NCBI GenBank assembly: GCA_021298815.1
Contig: JAJTHE010000006.1
Coordinates: 1,780-65,779, forward strand
Length of the DNA stretch: 64,000 nt
Direction: 5' to 3'
DNA from: Betaproteobacteria bacterium
Lineage (GTDB): Bacteria > Pseudomonadota > Gammaproteobacteria > Burkholderiales > CAIKXV01
Part shown: positions 21,601 through 32,933 of the stretch, in pieces
How positions within the stretch are numbered: the first letter of the stretch is position 1
Layout: each line of letters begins with the position of its first letter
Made by a program: the position numbers and the translations under genes
Notes under the pieces: generated by a model
Seen by the model: only the letters and a program-made list of their open reading frames with translations
The model's database searches: none
What the model was told of the DNA's origin: nothing

Positions 21601-22823
21601 GCGATCTCTTCGGCGAAGGCTTCGTTGATCCGCCGCAATTCCGCCGTCCGCTCGGCCACGCGCTGGTCGAGCCGCTCCTGCGCGGCCTTCAGCTCGCGCT
21701 CGATGCGGCCACGCCCCTGGATCTCCGCCTCCAGGCGGCGATTGGCGAGCGCGGCCTGTTCCCGTTCGAGCCGGTAGCGTTCCACGCGCGAGGCCACCAG
21801 CAGCAGCGTCATCAGGCCGAGGCAGGCGAGCGTGCCGGCCACCAGCGCCAGCGTGCCCAGCGCGGCGCGCGAGGCCTGCTCCAGTCCGGTCATGTCCTGC
21901 ACCAGAACCAGCAGGCCGCGTGCGCCGGGCCGCAGGTCATGCAGCCGCAGCGGCACCGCCTGCAGGCAGCGGCCCTGTTCGCAGTTCCATGCACGGCCCG
22001 GGATGCCCGAGGCCGGCTTCGAGCCGGCCTGCGCCAGCGGCAGGTCCGCCGCGAGCGTCGGCGCGACGAGGCTCGCGACCTCGTCGCCACTGGCATGCAG
22101 CAGCACCCGCGCTTCGCGTCCGTCCGCGCCCGTCGACACATCGATCGCCGCGAGCCCGATGCCCGCGTCGCCCTGCAGGCGGTCGGCGATGCGCGCGACC
22201 GGCACCGCGAACGCGACCATGCCGATCACGCGCTCCCGGACGACCCAGGGATGCACGACCAGCAGCATGGTTTCCCCGGAGGACAGCTTCTCGATGCCGA
22301 CCGCAGCCGTCCCTTCGGATGCCGCATCGGCGACCGCACGGTGGCGCGAGGCATCGCCGCTGCGCTCGGGATCGTGCGCGCGCGCGACCACCTGGCGGTC
22401 CGGCGCGATGAAGTACATGCGCTCCACGCCGTGTTCGGCGCGCATCTGGCGGAACGCCGGCGCCGCCAGCGCGAGCAGCGCGCCGCGGTCCTGCGCCGAC
22501 AGGGCGCGGCCGAGCTCGGCCGAGCGCATCAGCCCGAGCGCGAGTGCATCCATGCCTGCGATGCAGGCCTGGACATGGGCGGCGACGAGCGCGGCCGCCT
22601 GCCTTGCGCTGCCCGACTGCGCCGCTTCGCTGCGCGCCATCTCCATCCGGTATGCGCTGGCGAGCGTCACGCAGGCGAGCACGGCGAACAGCATCACGCT
22701 GGGCAGCAGCAGCCGCAGGCGCAGCAGCCCTCGCCCCGCGCGGGCCGAGCGCGGGTCCGGCAGCCCGTCTTCCGGGGCCGCCGCAGCACCATCGCCGGCC
22801 TTCTCCATGATCGAATCCGCCAT
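18609..22823 (-). CDS. Membrane sensor with Cache-like, PAS x3, GAF, GGDEF and EAL domains; may start at 22808
   Basis: Two TM helices, PAS motifs, [41 protein letters not shown]. Confidence 0.93.
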   Translation of the reverse strand: MADSIMEKAGDGAAAAPEDGLPDPRSARAGRGLLRLRLLLPSVMLFAVLACVTLASAYRMEMARSEAAQSGSARQAAALVAAHVQACIAGMDALALGLMRSAELGRALSAQDRGALLALAAPAFRQMRAEHGVERMYFIAPDRQVVARAHDPERSGDASRHRAVADAASEGTAAVGIEKLSSGETMLLVVHPWVVRERVIGMVAFAVPVARIADRLQGDAGIGLAAIDVSTGADGREARVLLHASGDEVASLVAPTLAADLPLAQAGSKPASGIPGRAWNCEQGRCLQAVPLRLHDLRPGARGLLVLVQDMTGLEQASRAALGTLALVAGTLACLGLMTLLLVASRVERYRLEREQAALANRRLEAEIQGRGRIERELKAAQERLDQRVAERTAELRRINEAFAEEIAERKATQLQIRDAEQRLDLALQASEVALFDLDLASGSLYLTEHWSVMIGDPARAVTRTTDEFLEMLHPNDLAAVERALDQVATGATDQYSMQHRVQTRSGQWRHVHATGKVVASDEFGRPQRLAGTLADVTRNWKMVEAVTKSEERFRSLTELSSDWYWEQDRFLRFTEVSGQAFEQAGIAPEECVFRHWREVKVFDMPDAFWTALEARLVAHEGFRDIELRLRHADGELHYVTVSGRPITDESGRFLGYRGTGRNVTERKWEEARRAMEHEVTATLAESGPVQPTIVRIIETICTRLRWDYGGLLLHDAASGALYMAEAWADSSPEMERFLEASRAARSSPDKPGGIARRVWRDNASVWVEDISEPGLVMRRGAAAAAAGLVSALAFPIRSRETTIGVFEFFSRVRRTPDRALLDTVQAIGLQLGQFIDRKEAETKLRLAGKTVESAAESIVVTDDRGCIVDVNPAFSLVTGYERGEVLGRRLDMLRSDRNTLSDYQAMWDVVRSEGKWQGEWWGRRSNGEVYPEWVSVCAVRSDVGEVTHFVIVATDISQRKVSEERLQYLANYDPLTELPNRAAFNHHLEQAILNAARSARRVAVMFVDLDRFKMVNDSLGHEAGDRVLCEAANRLRDCLRASDTVCRLGGDEFVIVIEDLAEVTAVAGIAGKVLQSISRPFIAEGQEFHITASIGIAGYPDDGADRQQLLRNADVAMYRAKELGKNKFQFYSAQLNAHSFERLMLEASLRRALDRGEMELWYQPRIELASQRIAGAEALLRWNHPQMGLVPPAQFIPLAEETGLIVPIGEWVLEQACREACTWQVPGLPSIAVAVNLSAWQFAHGMLVDSIARAIEHHALAPGQLELEITESMVMDNPDQAIGLLSALKGMGCHLSIDDFGTGYSSLAQLKRFPVDCLKIDRSFIQDLPGDADDAAITRSVIAMAHSLKLRVVAEGVETREQLQFLREHGCDDVQGFYFGPPMPAAAFAQALANDRLRHSAAA

Positions 22824-22829
22824 GCGCCG

Positions 22830-22856
22830 TTATCGGCACCGGCGCGTCTATCTTGA
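22830..22856 (-). promoter_or_regulatory. Sigma28 (FliA) promoter
   Basis: Perfect TCAAG-N14-GCCGATAA on the minus strand. Confidence 0.8.
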
Positions 22857-22940
22857 ACCGAACGCGGACCCGGAAACGGCTGCAAGCAACTGATTCGAAA
22901 GCGCTAACGGATTTCCGTTGACGCGGCGGCAAGACCGGCG

Positions 22941-23876
22941 TCAGGCAGGGGGCAATCCCGCCAGGCGCCGCACATGCGCGACCACGCTACGCGACAGTGC
23001 CGGCAGGTTGTAGCCTCCTTCCAGCACCGAGACGATCCGCCCGGCGCACAGCTCGTCGGCGGCCTGCATCAGCCGCAGCGTGACCCAGTCGTAGTCGGCC
23101 TCCACCAGTGCGAGGGATGCCAGCTGGTCGTCACGGTGGGCATCGAAGCCCGCCGAGATGAACAGCATGTCGGGCCGGAAGCGTTGCAGGGCCGGGATCC
23201 ACTCGCCCTCGACCGCCGCGCGAAACGCCCGGCCGTCGGACTGCGCCGGCAGCGGCACGTTGACCATGCGCTCGGAACGTCCGTCGATCCCGCTGTACGG
23301 ATACAGCGGGTGCTGGAAGGTCGAGACCATCATCACCCGCGGATCGTCCCGGAAGATGTCCTCGGTGCCGTTGCCATGGTGCACGTCGAAATCGACGACC
23401 GCGACCCGTTCGAAGCCGTGTGCCTCGAGGGCATGCAGGGCGCCGATCGCCACGTTGTTGAAGATGCAGAAGCCCATGGCGCGCGCATGTTCGGCGTGGT
23501 GGCCGGGCGGCCGCACCGCGCAGAACGCGTTGTCCACCTCGCCGCTGGCGACGAGGTCGGTCGCGCGCACCGCCGCGCCCGCGGCATGGCGGATCGCCTG
23601 CAGCGTGTGCGGATTCATCGCGGTATCGGGGTCGATCTGGCGCAGCCCGCTCGCCGGGGATGCGCGCTCGATCGCGTCGACCAGCCGCGCATCATGCGCC
23701 CGCTCGATCTGTTCGCGAGTCGCTTCCGGGGCAGTCTCGCGGCGCAGCGCCGCCACCAGGGCCGGGTCGCGTGCAACCCGGTCCTCGATGGCGGTCAGCC
23801 GGTCCGGGCACTCGGGGTGGTAGTCGCCCATGTCGTGCAGGAGGCAACCGGGATGGCTCAGCCAGGCGGTGGTCAT
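22941..23876 (-). CDS. Histone deacetylase-family (Zn) amidohydrolase
   Basis: HPECPDRL, RPPGHHA, DFDVHHGNGT, SAGFDAH, LEGGY. Confidence 0.93.
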   Translation of the reverse strand: MTTAWLSHPGCLLHDMGDYHPECPDRLTAIEDRVARDPALVAALRRETAPEATREQIERAHDARLVDAIERASPASGLRQIDPDTAMNPHTLQAIRHAAGAAVRATDLVASGEVDNAFCAVRPPGHHAEHARAMGFCIFNNVAIGALHALEAHGFERVAVVDFDVHHGNGTEDIFRDDPRVMMVSTFQHPLYPYSGIDGRSERMVNVPLPAQSDGRAFRAAVEGEWIPALQRFRPDMLFISAGFDAHRDDQLASLALVEADYDWVTLRLMQAADELCAGRIVSVLEGGYNLPALSRSVVAHVRRLAGLPPA

Positions 23877-24054
23877 CGTCTCGGGATCGGGAATCGTCGC
23901 GGCACCCTGCCGCCGGGACAGTGTACCGCCACCGCCGTGCGCCCGCGTACATGCGACCATACGACCATGCCACCCTGCCCGCCTGCCGGCCCGCAACGGG
24001 ATGCCCTCCCGCTGCGATCAAGATGGCGTCCCCGCTGCCGTAATAGCCCTTACC

Positions 24055-24987
<933 letters not shown>

Positions 24988-25023
24988 CCGGGCCGTGAAC
25001 CTCCCCTGCCGACTGGTGCCCGG

Positions 25024-26040
25024 ATGAGCCCGGCCGACGCCTCCCGCGCAGCAAATGGCGCCTCCGCCGTTGCGGCCGCGCGCGCGCCCGGCACCTGGCG
25101 CAGGCTCGCCGACTGGCTGTTCCAGCGGCGCGGGCGCGAGCGCGCGCCGGTACGCCTGACGCAGCGGCGGATCTTCCTGCTGCCCACCCGCTACGGCGCG
25201 TTCTTCGCCGTGGTGCTGCTGGTGATGCTCGGCGGATCGATCAACTACGGCCTGAGCCTCGGCTTCGTACTCACCTTCCTGCTGGGTTCGATGGCGGTGG
25301 TGTCGATCGTGCACGCCTTCCGCAACCTGTCCGGGCTCGAACTCGCCGTGCTGCCGGGCGGCCGTGCCTTCGCCGGAGAGAGCATCGGGTTCGACGTCCA
25401 CTTCGCCAACCCGCATCGGCTGCATCGATACTCCGTGGCCGTCGCCCATGCATCGGGCCAGGTGGCGTCGACCGACTGCCCCGCGTACGGCAGCGCGACC
25501 TGCCGGTTGCGCATCCCGGCGCCGTCCCGCGGACGCCTTTACCCGGGTCGCCTGACCGTGTTCACCCGGCATCCGCTCGGCCTGTTCTACGCATGGTCGT
25601 ACGTGGAGCCCGACTGTGCGGCGATCGTGTATCCCCACCCCGAATCGACGCTGTCACCGCCGCCCGGCAGCACGGGTGGCGAAGGCCGGCGCAGCGCCAG
25701 CCAGGACGGGCAGGACGATTTCGCCGGCCTGCGCCCCTGGCATGTCGGCGACTCGCCGCAACGCATCGCGTGGAAGGCCGCCGCGCGCGGCCAGGGCCTG
25801 CTCATCAAGCAGTTCGTCGCGGAGGCCGGTTCGCTCGCCTGGTTCGACTGGGACGACACGCCGGCTTCGCTCGGCGACGAGGGCCGGCTGTCGCGCCTGG
25901 CGCGCTGGGTGGTCGAGGCCGATGCCGCCGGCCTCGCGTTCGGCCTGCGCCTGCCCGGGTGCCTGCTGCCACCGGCCAGCGGTCCGGCGCAGCGGGAGTC
26001 CGCGCTCGAGGCCCTGGCCCTGCACGAGGCACGCCGGTGA
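25024..26040 (+). CDS. DUF58 domain membrane protein
   Basis: IFLLPTRYG, HPLGLF, DDFAGLRPWHVGD...IAWK; follows MoxR. Confidence 0.88.
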   Translation: MSPADASRAANGASAVAAARAPGTWRRLADWLFQRRGRERAPVRLTQRRIFLLPTRYGAFFAVVLLVMLGGSINYGLSLGFVLTFLLGSMAVVSIVHAFRNLSGLELAVLPGGRAFAGESIGFDVHFANPHRLHRYSVAVAHASGQVASTDCPAYGSATCRLRIPAPSRGRLYPGRLTVFTRHPLGLFYAWSYVEPDCAAIVYPHPESTLSPPPGSTGGEGRRSASQDGQDDFAGLRPWHVGDSPQRIAWKAAARGQGLLIKQFVAEAGSLAWFDWDDTPASLGDEGRLSRLARWVVEADAAGLAFGLRLPGCLLPPASGPAQRESALEALALHEARR

Positions 26041-28241
26041 GCCGCCTGCCCCCGGCCCTGCAGCGCCCCTGGGTACGCGAGGCCCTGTGGTGCGCGTTGA
26101 TCGCGCCGATGGTGGCCGCACCCCTGCTCGGCGCCGCGCCGCGGCTGCTGCTCGCCCTCGGCAGCGCACTGGCGTTCTGGCGTGCCTACGTGATCGGCCG
26201 GCGCGCGATGCATGCCCGGCAGCACGACGTCGCGCTGCCGCTGGGGTCGCAGAGCAACTGGATGCTGCTCGCGTCCCTTGCGCTGGTGCTGGCCCCGCAT
26301 GCGCTGCGGCTGCCGGCATGGCTGACCGTGCTGGTCGTGCTGTTCATCGGCTGGAGGATTGCCGTGATGCGCACCGCGATGCGCCCCTTGACGCGTGGCA
26401 CGTCCCGCTCCCTGTTCCGCGGGGGCGTCCGGCCGCCGCCACGGGCCCTGCTGGTGGCGATGGTGAGCGCAGCGAGCGTCGGCGTGTTCCTGCAGTACGG
26501 GACGCTGTTCGGCCGCGAACCCGGCGTCGCGCTGCTGTCGATCATGATCGCGATGAAGCTGCTCGAGTTGCAGTCGCGCCGCGATGCGACCGTGCTGGTG
26601 TTCCTGGCCTACTTCCTGGTGATCACCAACTTCCTGTATTCGCAGACGCTGCCGACCGCGCTGCTGATGCTGGCTGCGGTCTGGCTGATCACGGCCACCA
26701 TGATCGGCTTCCACCAGCGCGATCCGCGCTTCCGGCAGACCACTTTCCTCGCCGCGCAGTTGCTGGTGCAGGCGGTGCCGCTGATGATCGTGCTGTTCGT
26801 CTTCTTCCCGCGGCTGCCCGGCCCCCTGTGGGGCCTGCCGCGCGACGGCGGACAGGGCGTGACCGGCCTGTCCGACTCGATGAGTCCGGGCAGCTTCGGC
26901 CAGCTGTCCGCATCGGCCGACGTGGCGTTCCGCGTCGAGTTCCCCGGAGCGATGCCGCGCCCGGTCGATCTCTACTGGCGCGGCCCGGTCTTCTGGCAGT
27001 TCGACGGACGCATCTGGACGATCGGCAGCGCGCCTTCCGGTCCGACCGCACCTCCGGTGATACGCGCGATCTCGGAGCCGATCGCCTACACCGTGACGCT
27101 GGAGCCGCATTTCGAACGCTGGCTGCTCGCGCTGGATATGCCGAGCGCGCTGCCGCCGGAGACGCGCATGTCCGGCGAGTTCGTGCTGCTGGCGAACGGG
27201 CAGGTGCGGACCCGGGTCCGCTATGAAGGACGCGCCGCACTCGACTACCGGGTCAACGAGAACGAATCGGAAGCGAACCTGCGGCGCGCGCTGCAATTGC
27301 CGGCGGGGCTCAACCCGAGGACGCTCGCGCTTGCCGCCGAACTGCGTGCCGCGGGCCTCGCGCCCGAGAGGATGGTCGAGCAGGTACTGGACCGGTTCCG
27401 CAGAGAGCCGTTCTTCTACACGACCAACCCGCCATTGCTCGATTCGAAGCATACGATCGACCAGTTCCTGTTCGAATCCCGGCGCGGCTTCTGCGAACAC
27501 TACGCCTCGGCCTTCACCTTCCTTATGCGGGCGGCGGGCGTGCCGGCCCGCGTGGTCACCGGCTACCAGGGCGGCGTGGTCAATCCGGTCGGCAACTACC
27601 TCGTGGTGCGCCAGGCCGAAGCCCATGCCTGGAGCGAAGTCTGGATCGCGGGACGCGGCTGGGTGCGGGTCGATCCGACCGCGGCGGTGTCCCCCCTGCG
27701 CGTCGAGTCCGGCATCGCCGCATCGATCGCGCAGGACGATCCGCTGCCGCTGCTGGTCCGCGGCTCGGTGCCGATGCTGTCGCGCGCCGGCTTCGCGATG
27801 GATGCGGTGGCCAATGCCTGGAACCAGTGGATCCTGTCCTACAACACGCAGCGCCAGCAGCAGTTGCTGCGCAACCTCGGCCTCGATGCGAGCGACTGGA
27901 AGACCCTGTCGGTGATGCTGCTCGCGGGCGCCTGCGCCGCCACCCTGCTGGCCGCCCTGTTCGCGCTGCGCAGCCTGCTGCCGGGCCGCCGGGACCCGGT
28001 CGTCCGCGCATGGGAACGGCTTTGCCGCAAGCTGGCGCAGACGGGCGTGGTGCGTGCCCCGGGCGAGGGGCCGAGCGCGTTCGCCCGCCGCGCCGCGGCT
28101 GCGCGGCCGGACCTGGCCGCAGGGATCGGGGAGATCGCCGCCTGCTACGTCAGGCTGCGCTACCAGCCGCCGGGGTCCGACGCGGCTGCGTCCGCCGCCA
28201 CGGCCGACCTGCAGCGACGGGTGCGGATGCTCAAGACTTGA
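26037..28241 (+). CDS. TgpA-like transglutaminase-domain membrane protein (DUF3488)
   Basis: TGLSDSMSPG, LYWRG, RGFCEHYASA, VVTGYQGG, AHAWSEVW, RVDPT; GTG start overlaps the DUF58 stop. Confidence 0.9.
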   Translation: MSRLPPALQRPWVREALWCALIAPMVAAPLLGAAPRLLLALGSALAFWRAYVIGRRAMHARQHDVALPLGSQSNWMLLASLALVLAPHALRLPAWLTVLVVLFIGWRIAVMRTAMRPLTRGTSRSLFRGGVRPPPRALLVAMVSAASVGVFLQYGTLFGREPGVALLSIMIAMKLLELQSRRDATVLVFLAYFLVITNFLYSQTLPTALLMLAAVWLITATMIGFHQRDPRFRQTTFLAAQLLVQAVPLMIVLFVFFPRLPGPLWGLPRDGGQGVTGLSDSMSPGSFGQLSASADVAFRVEFPGAMPRPVDLYWRGPVFWQFDGRIWTIGSAPSGPTAPPVIRAISEPIAYTVTLEPHFERWLLALDMPSALPPETRMSGEFVLLANGQVRTRVRYEGRAALDYRVNENESEANLRRALQLPAGLNPRTLALAAELRAAGLAPERMVEQVLDRFRREPFFYTTNPPLLDSKHTIDQFLFESRRGFCEHYASAFTFLMRAAGVPARVVTGYQGGVVNPVGNYLVVRQAEAHAWSEVWIAGRGWVRVDPTAAVSPLRVESGIAASIAQDDPLPLLVRGSVPMLSRAGFAMDAVANAWNQWILSYNTQRQQQLLRNLGLDASDWKTLSVMLLAGACAATLLAALFALRSLLPGRRDPVVRAWERLCRKLAQTGVVRAPGEGPSAFARRAAAARPDLAAGIGEIAACYVRLRYQPPGSDAAASAATADLQRRVRMLKT

Positions 28242-28257
28242 GGGCGCAGGCCGATAA
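28231..28257 (+). promoter_or_regulatory. Sigma28 (FliA) promoter
   Basis: Perfect TCAAG-N14-GCCGATAA, 32 bp before the ATG at 28290. Confidence 0.8.
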
Positions 28258-28289
28258 CGCAGATTCAGCTTCCTGCAGTCCGGCCCTAG

Positions 28290-29231
28290 ATGAGCGAAGA
28301 CAGCGCAGCATCCCACGCCGGCGGTCGCGGTCATGCCGACGACGCCGACGCGACCCAGGTCGCGCCGGCCGGCGATCCCGACGCCTCGGTGGCACCCGAC
28401 ATGGCGCCTACCGCCGACGCGTTCGACACGATGGCCGCGTTCGATACCTCATCGCCCGGGCTCGAGGCCGCGCCGGACGATGCCGGCGACGCGGCCGACG
28501 GGGACGGACCAGATTCGGGCGTGGCGCCTGCCGCGCGTGGCGGGCTGCTGGCCCGCCTGCCCGGCGAGCGGCGGCACTGGATGCTGGCGGGCATGGTGTC
28601 GGGAGGTATCCTCTTCGGCGGGCTCGCGAGCGCGGGCGTCGCCTGGAAGATGATCAGCAGCCGCAACGCCGAGGTCGAGGCGCGCACCGCGAGGCTCGAC
28701 CTGCAGTCGAGCCGGATCGCCGAGCAGGAGGCAAGGATCGAGGTCCTGACCCGCGCCGTGAAGGAAAGGCCGCTGCCGGACGAGGCCGGCACGGCGCCCG
28801 ACCGGACGGCTGACGGCGGTGGTGCGGCATTGGGCAGCATGGGCGAGCCGTCGACGCCATCCCAGCCGCAGAAGGCGGCGCAACCCCCGGCTCCGTCGGC
28901 CACGGCCGTGGACCCTGCCCCCGCAGCGAAGGCTGCGGACCCACCCTCGGCAGCGAAGGCTGCGCCCCCCGCCCCCGCCGCCAAGGCCGCGGAATCCGCC
29001 ACCGCAGCCAAGGCACCCGCACCCCCGCTAGCCCCGGTGCCGGCCTCGTCTCGTGCAGAGGTGGCACCCGCAGGTTCCACTGCGCCGGCAGGCGCCGGGG
29101 CCGCGTCGCCCTCGGTGGCCGGCAGCGGCATCTGCGACGTGCCGGGCGGCACCGCCGGGGCCGCGCAGATGCGCAAGTGCATCGAGTGGTTCGCGGGCCG
29201 CGGCAAGCCGCCCGCGACACCGCCGCCCTGA
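28290..29231 (+). CDS. Hypothetical bitopic protein: acidic N-terminus, TM helix, coiled coil, Pro/Ala linker, C-terminal Cys pair
   Basis: Domain-like composition of the ORF plus its own upstream promoter. Confidence 0.65.
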   Translation: MSEDSAASHAGGRGHADDADATQVAPAGDPDASVAPDMAPTADAFDTMAAFDTSSPGLEAAPDDAGDAADGDGPDSGVAPAARGGLLARLPGERRHWMLAGMVSGGILFGGLASAGVAWKMISSRNAEVEARTARLDLQSSRIAEQEARIEVLTRAVKERPLPDEAGTAPDRTADGGGAALGSMGEPSTPSQPQKAAQPPAPSATAVDPAPAAKAADPPSAAKAAPPAPAAKAAESATAAKAPAPPLAPVPASSRAEVAPAGSTAPAGAGAASPSVAGSGICDVPGGTAGAAQMRKCIEWFAGRGKPPATPPP

Positions 29232-29246
29232 CCCCCGGGAGCAAGC

Positions 29247-30935
29247 TCAGCCCGCGAGCTCGGGCTCCACTTCGAATCGCACATGTTCGAAGTTCACGCC
29301 CCGCTCGAGCAGTTGCACGAACTTGATGGTGGTGCGCCGTCCCTCGATCACCAGCCGGAAGCGGGCGTTGTCGATGTAGACGCCGGGTTCCACCAGCACC
29401 GAATTGTCCTCCAGCAGCGCGATCACATCGACGTACACGGACACGCCCGGATCCTGCGACCGTTCGAACACCGACACCTGGCGGTTGTCGAGCGCGCCGA
29501 TGCGTGCGCAGCGGCCGGTGCCGGGGAAGCGCTGTACGCCGACGGTCGCATGTTCCTTGACGTTGCGCGACAGCCGGCGCACCACGCCCGCGGTCCAGTC
29601 GGCGTCGCCGGGTCGGCGCAGGCCCAGCAGGATGCCGACCTGCATCCACTGGGTCGGGGCCTGTGCGATCGCACCGAAGCCGAAGTCGGAGACGTCGGTC
29701 AGCACCCATTCGAGGGTCATCTGCCGGTTCTGGGCCTCGATCATGGCGCGCACGCGCGCGACCTCGTCGTCTGCCCCCTGCTGCGGATCGCGCTGCTCGG
29801 CCACGAAACCGTAGCGGCTGAACTCTTCACGCTGCTGGGTGCTCAGGTCGGTGCCGGCCTTTCCCTCGGTGAGGCGCAGGTAGGAGATGCCGGCGATCAG
29901 GCGCCGGATCTCGCGATAGCCATGCACGACCTCGAGCCGCTCCTGCAGTTCCGACCGGTCGTGCACCCTGCGCGGCGGCGTCCGGGACCAGTTCAGCACC
30001 AGCTTCTCGATCAGGTTGACCGCGCTCTGCACCCCCTCCAGTCCCTCCAGCGTGAGGAAGGCAGGCAGCGCGCGCGTGCGCCGCAGCTCGCGCGCCAGGC
30101 TGACCAGCTGGGCATACACCTGGCCCGGCCCGAGGTAGCGCTGGGACATGCGCGGGGTGGCCTCCCGGCTGCAGCGATGGGGCGGTGCCGACAGCGCGAG
30201 GTCGACCACGAACGGCGTGTCGACATCCGGTGCCTCGCGGACCACGAAGAAGTTCAGCAACTCGCGCACCACGCGATCGAGGTACTCCATCTGCATGTGG
30301 TCGAGGTTGCCGATCGGTGCCAGCTCGAACCAAATCGCCGCCAGGAACTCGCGGTAGGCACTGGTGTCGGCTGCGGTACCCGGCAGGCGCACCGACTTGC
30401 GCGCGATGCCCAGCTGCTCGGCCATCTGGTAGGTGCCGTAGAAATCGCTCCACAGTGCGGCATCGACCGCCCGGTAGCGCATCCGGACAAGCTTCTTGCG
30501 CTCGGCCATCGCCGCCATCGCGCGCGCCGCCAGCACGGTCGCGGTGGCCTTGTCCCGCTCCATCGGCTTGTCGACGTCGAACAGGTCGCGCAACGCGCTG
30601 CGGCACGCATCGGCGACCTGGCCGCTGTAGGTCGACAGCGCGAACCAGGTCTGTTCGGCACGATGCTGCGTCGGTGTCGAGGAGAGGTAGTCGAACATAA
30701 CCTCGCGCGTGAAGCGCGCGGCCTCCGCATCGAGTGCGCGGATGGCGGCGAGGCGGTCCGGCGGGTCGAGGTCAGGCCGACCGGTCAGCGCCAGCCATTC
30801 GCCCAGTTCCTGGATCGCCTTCATCCCGTTGGCGTGCGGAAGCTCGTCGATGATCTCCCGCAGTGCCTCCGCACCGGCGAGCGGATGCGTCGTCTTCTTG
30901 CGGATCCCGAGGTTCCTGCTTAGCCAGTCGAGCAC
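29247..30935 (-). CDS. FimW-like protein with a C-terminal PilZ-like fold
   Basis: Helical N-terminal region; RxxxR (RVHDR) and DxSxxG (DVSDFG) motifs, then WMQVGILLGLR...GVVRR. Confidence 0.6.
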   Translation of the reverse strand: MLDWLSRNLGIRKKTTHPLAGAEALREIIDELPHANGMKAIQELGEWLALTGRPDLDPPDRLAAIRALDAEAARFTREVMFDYLSSTPTQHRAEQTWFALSTYSGQVADACRSALRDLFDVDKPMERDKATATVLAARAMAAMAERKKLVRMRYRAVDAALWSDFYGTYQMAEQLGIARKSVRLPGTAADTSAYREFLAAIWFELAPIGNLDHMQMEYLDRVVRELLNFFVVREAPDVDTPFVVDLALSAPPHRCSREATPRMSQRYLGPGQVYAQLVSLARELRRTRALPAFLTLEGLEGVQSAVNLIEKLVLNWSRTPPRRVHDRSELQERLEVVHGYREIRRLIAGISYLRLTEGKAGTDLSTQQREEFSRYGFVAEQRDPQQGADDEVARVRAMIEAQNRQMTLEWVLTDVSDFGFGAIAQAPTQWMQVGILLGLRRPGDADWTAGVVRRLSRNVKEHATVGVQRFPGTGRCARIGALDNRQVSVFERSQDPGVSVYVDVIALLEDNSVLVEPGVYIDNARFRLVIEGRRTTIKFVQLLERGVNFEHVRFEVEPELAG

Positions 30936-31110
30936 GACCCTGATGTCCCCCTAGAACATGACTGGCGGATTCCGCACGGCGATGCTTCCGGCATCGCTGC
31001 CACCAGGGTTGCGGAGGCTGGGTATGGCCGGTTGCGCAAGCCCAGCGCCAATGCCTGCACCGGACAACGCATTCCGGCGCGGCCAGCCCGGCCAGGGGAC
31101 GGACCGGGCG

Positions 31111-32124
31111 TCACGAGGCCCCCTCGGGAGGCAGGTAGCGCAGCGGATCGATCGGCCGGCCCATGCGCCGGATCTCGAAGTGCAGCTTCACCCGGTCGGC
31201 GTCGGTGCTGCCCATCTCGGCGATGCGCTGCCCGCGGCTGACCGCCTGGCCCTCCTTCACCAGCAGTTCGGAGGCATGCGCGTACACGCTGACGTACTGG
31301 TCATTGTGCTTGACGATGAGCATCCGTCCGTAGCCGCGGATGGCGGAGCCGCTGTAGACGACCCGGCCGTCGGCGCTCGCCAGGATCGGCTGCCCTGCCT
31401 TGCCGCCGATGTCGATGCCGCGGTTGGTATCGGAGAACCGTTCGATCAGCGTGCCCGAGGCCGGCCACGCCCAGTTGATCGCCACGGGCGCGGCAGCCGC
31501 ATCCCCCTTCGGGGGCAGCACCGGGTCGGGCACGGTCGCCACGGGCGGTTCCGGGCGGAGCGCAGCCGGCTCGCCGGGGCGGCGCCCGGCGGCCGTGGCA
31601 TCGGCGAGCGCGCGCTCCGAGAACGGCTGGCGCAGCGCGCGCGGTTCCGTGCGCATGCCCTCGGGATCGAGCGGGACGGCACGTGCAAGGCCTCCGGGCG
31701 GACGCACTTCGGCCGGACGGGCGATCGCCGCGGCGCCGCCAGCCGGTGCCGTACCGGAATCCCCGGGCGCACGCAGCCGCAGCGTCTGTCCGACGCGGAT
31801 CAGGTTGATGTTCTCGAGCCGGTTCCAGGCCGCGACATCGCGGTAGTCGAGCCCGTACTCCAGCGAGATGCTGAGCAGGGTGTCGCCCTTGCGCACCACA
31901 TGCACCTCGGGACGGGTATCGCGCTCGACCACCGGCGCACTGCCGGGGACGGTATCGGTACGCGCCGGCGGCGGCGCGACGGGCGCGCGCTGTACGGGAG
32001 CTTCCGGTGGCGGCGGCGGCCGCTGCACGACCGGTGCAGGCGCCGGCGCCGCACACGCGGCCAGCAGCAGCACGACGCACGACGCGCCGAGGCCGCGCAG
32101 GCGCCGCAGGTCTGCGCGCCTCAT
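31111..32124 (-). CDS. nlpD: LysM/M23 lipoprotein NlpD
   Basis: Lipobox LAAC, Lys[27 protein letters not shown]; follows surE-pcm. Confidence 0.9.
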   Translation of the reverse strand: MRRADLRRLRGLGASCVVLLLAACAAPAPAPVVQRPPPPPEAPVQRAPVAPPPARTDTVPGSAPVVERDTRPEVHVVRKGDTLLSISLEYGLDYRDVAAWNRLENINLIRVGQTLRLRAPGDSGTAPAGGAAAIARPAEVRPPGGLARAVPLDPEGMRTEPRALRQPFSERALADATAAGRRPGEPAALRPEPPVATVPDPVLPPKGDAAAAPVAINWAWPASGTLIERFSDTNRGIDIGGKAGQPILASADGRVVYSGSAIRGYGRMLIVKHNDQYVSVYAHASELLVKEGQAVSRGQRIAEMGSTDADRVKLHFEIRRMGRPIDPLRYLPPEGAS

Positions 32125-32798
32125 ACCTTCCCCAGCAGCGCAGGCACGAAACGCACCGGGTCGAACTCGGTCTCGCGGAAGCGGTTGCCGACGCGTTCGA
32201 TCAGGCAGAGCCGCTGTGCCGCCCCCGCGCTGCCCTTGGGCAGTACCAGCCGGCCGTTGGGCGCGAGTTGCGCGAGCAGTTCGTCCGGGATGTGCGGCAG
32301 CGCGGCGGAGATGACGATCGCATCGAAGGGGGCGGCTTCCGGCAGGCCGCCGAGCCCGTCCGCATGGCGCAGGCGAACGTTGCCCATCTTGAGTTCGCGC
32401 ACCAGCAGGTGGCGTGCCTTCGCCGCCAGTTCGGCGATGCGTTCCAGCGCGAACACCTCCTTCGCCAGGTGCGACAGGACCGCAGCCTGGTAGCCGCTGC
32501 CGGCGCCGATCTCGAGCACGCGGCCCATCGCGGTGCCGTTGCGCAGCAGTTCGGCGACGCGGGCGACGGTCATCGGCTGCGAGATGGTCTGGCTGAAGCC
32601 GATGGGAAGCGCCAGGTCGTCGTAGGCGCGGCTGGCGAGTGCTTCCTCGATGAACAGGTGGCGCGGCACCGCGCCCATCGCACCGAGCACGACCTCGTCG
32701 TGGATGCCGGCCGCGCGCAGGCGCTCGACCATGCGCAGCCGGGTGCGGTCGGAGGTCATGCCCACGCCGCTCGCGCGGGGCTTGCGGATCACCGCCAT
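32121..32798 (-). CDS. pcm: Protein-L-isoaspartate O-methyltransferase
   Basis: [29 protein letters not shown]. Confidence 0.93.
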   Translation of the reverse strand: MAVIRKPRASGVGMTSDRTRLRMVERLRAAGIHDEVVLGAMGAVPRHLFIEEALASRAYDDLALPIGFSQTISQPMTVARVAELLRNGTAMGRVLEIGAGSGYQAAVLSHLAKEVFALERIAELAAKARHLLVRELKMGNVRLRHADGLGGLPEAAPFDAIVISAALPHIPDELLAQLAPNGRLVLPKGSAGAAQRLCLIERVGNRFRETEFDPVRFVPALLGKV

Positions 32799-32933
32799 GG
32801 CGAGCCGTTCCCGGGGCCGCCTCGGGTGCCGCCCTGCATGCCGCTGTCCGTGTTGCCCCTGTTCGTCATCCGTGAAGTCACGCCACCCGATCCTGCATCG
32901 CAAAGCCTGCCCGTTTTCGCCCGCACTTCCGTC

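Noticed and set aside
25587-28334. Long antisense and alternate-frame ORFs (e.g. 915 aa here, also 6491-8857, 9176-11488, 15710-18109, 53753-56233)
   Set aside because: They are shadows of real genes produced by high-GC codon bias and carry no recognisable motifs.
28860-29110. Short repeats as a CRISPR array or tandem element
   Set aside because: They are imperfect and in frame, encoding a Pro/Ala AKAA linker, with no repeat-spacer periodicity.
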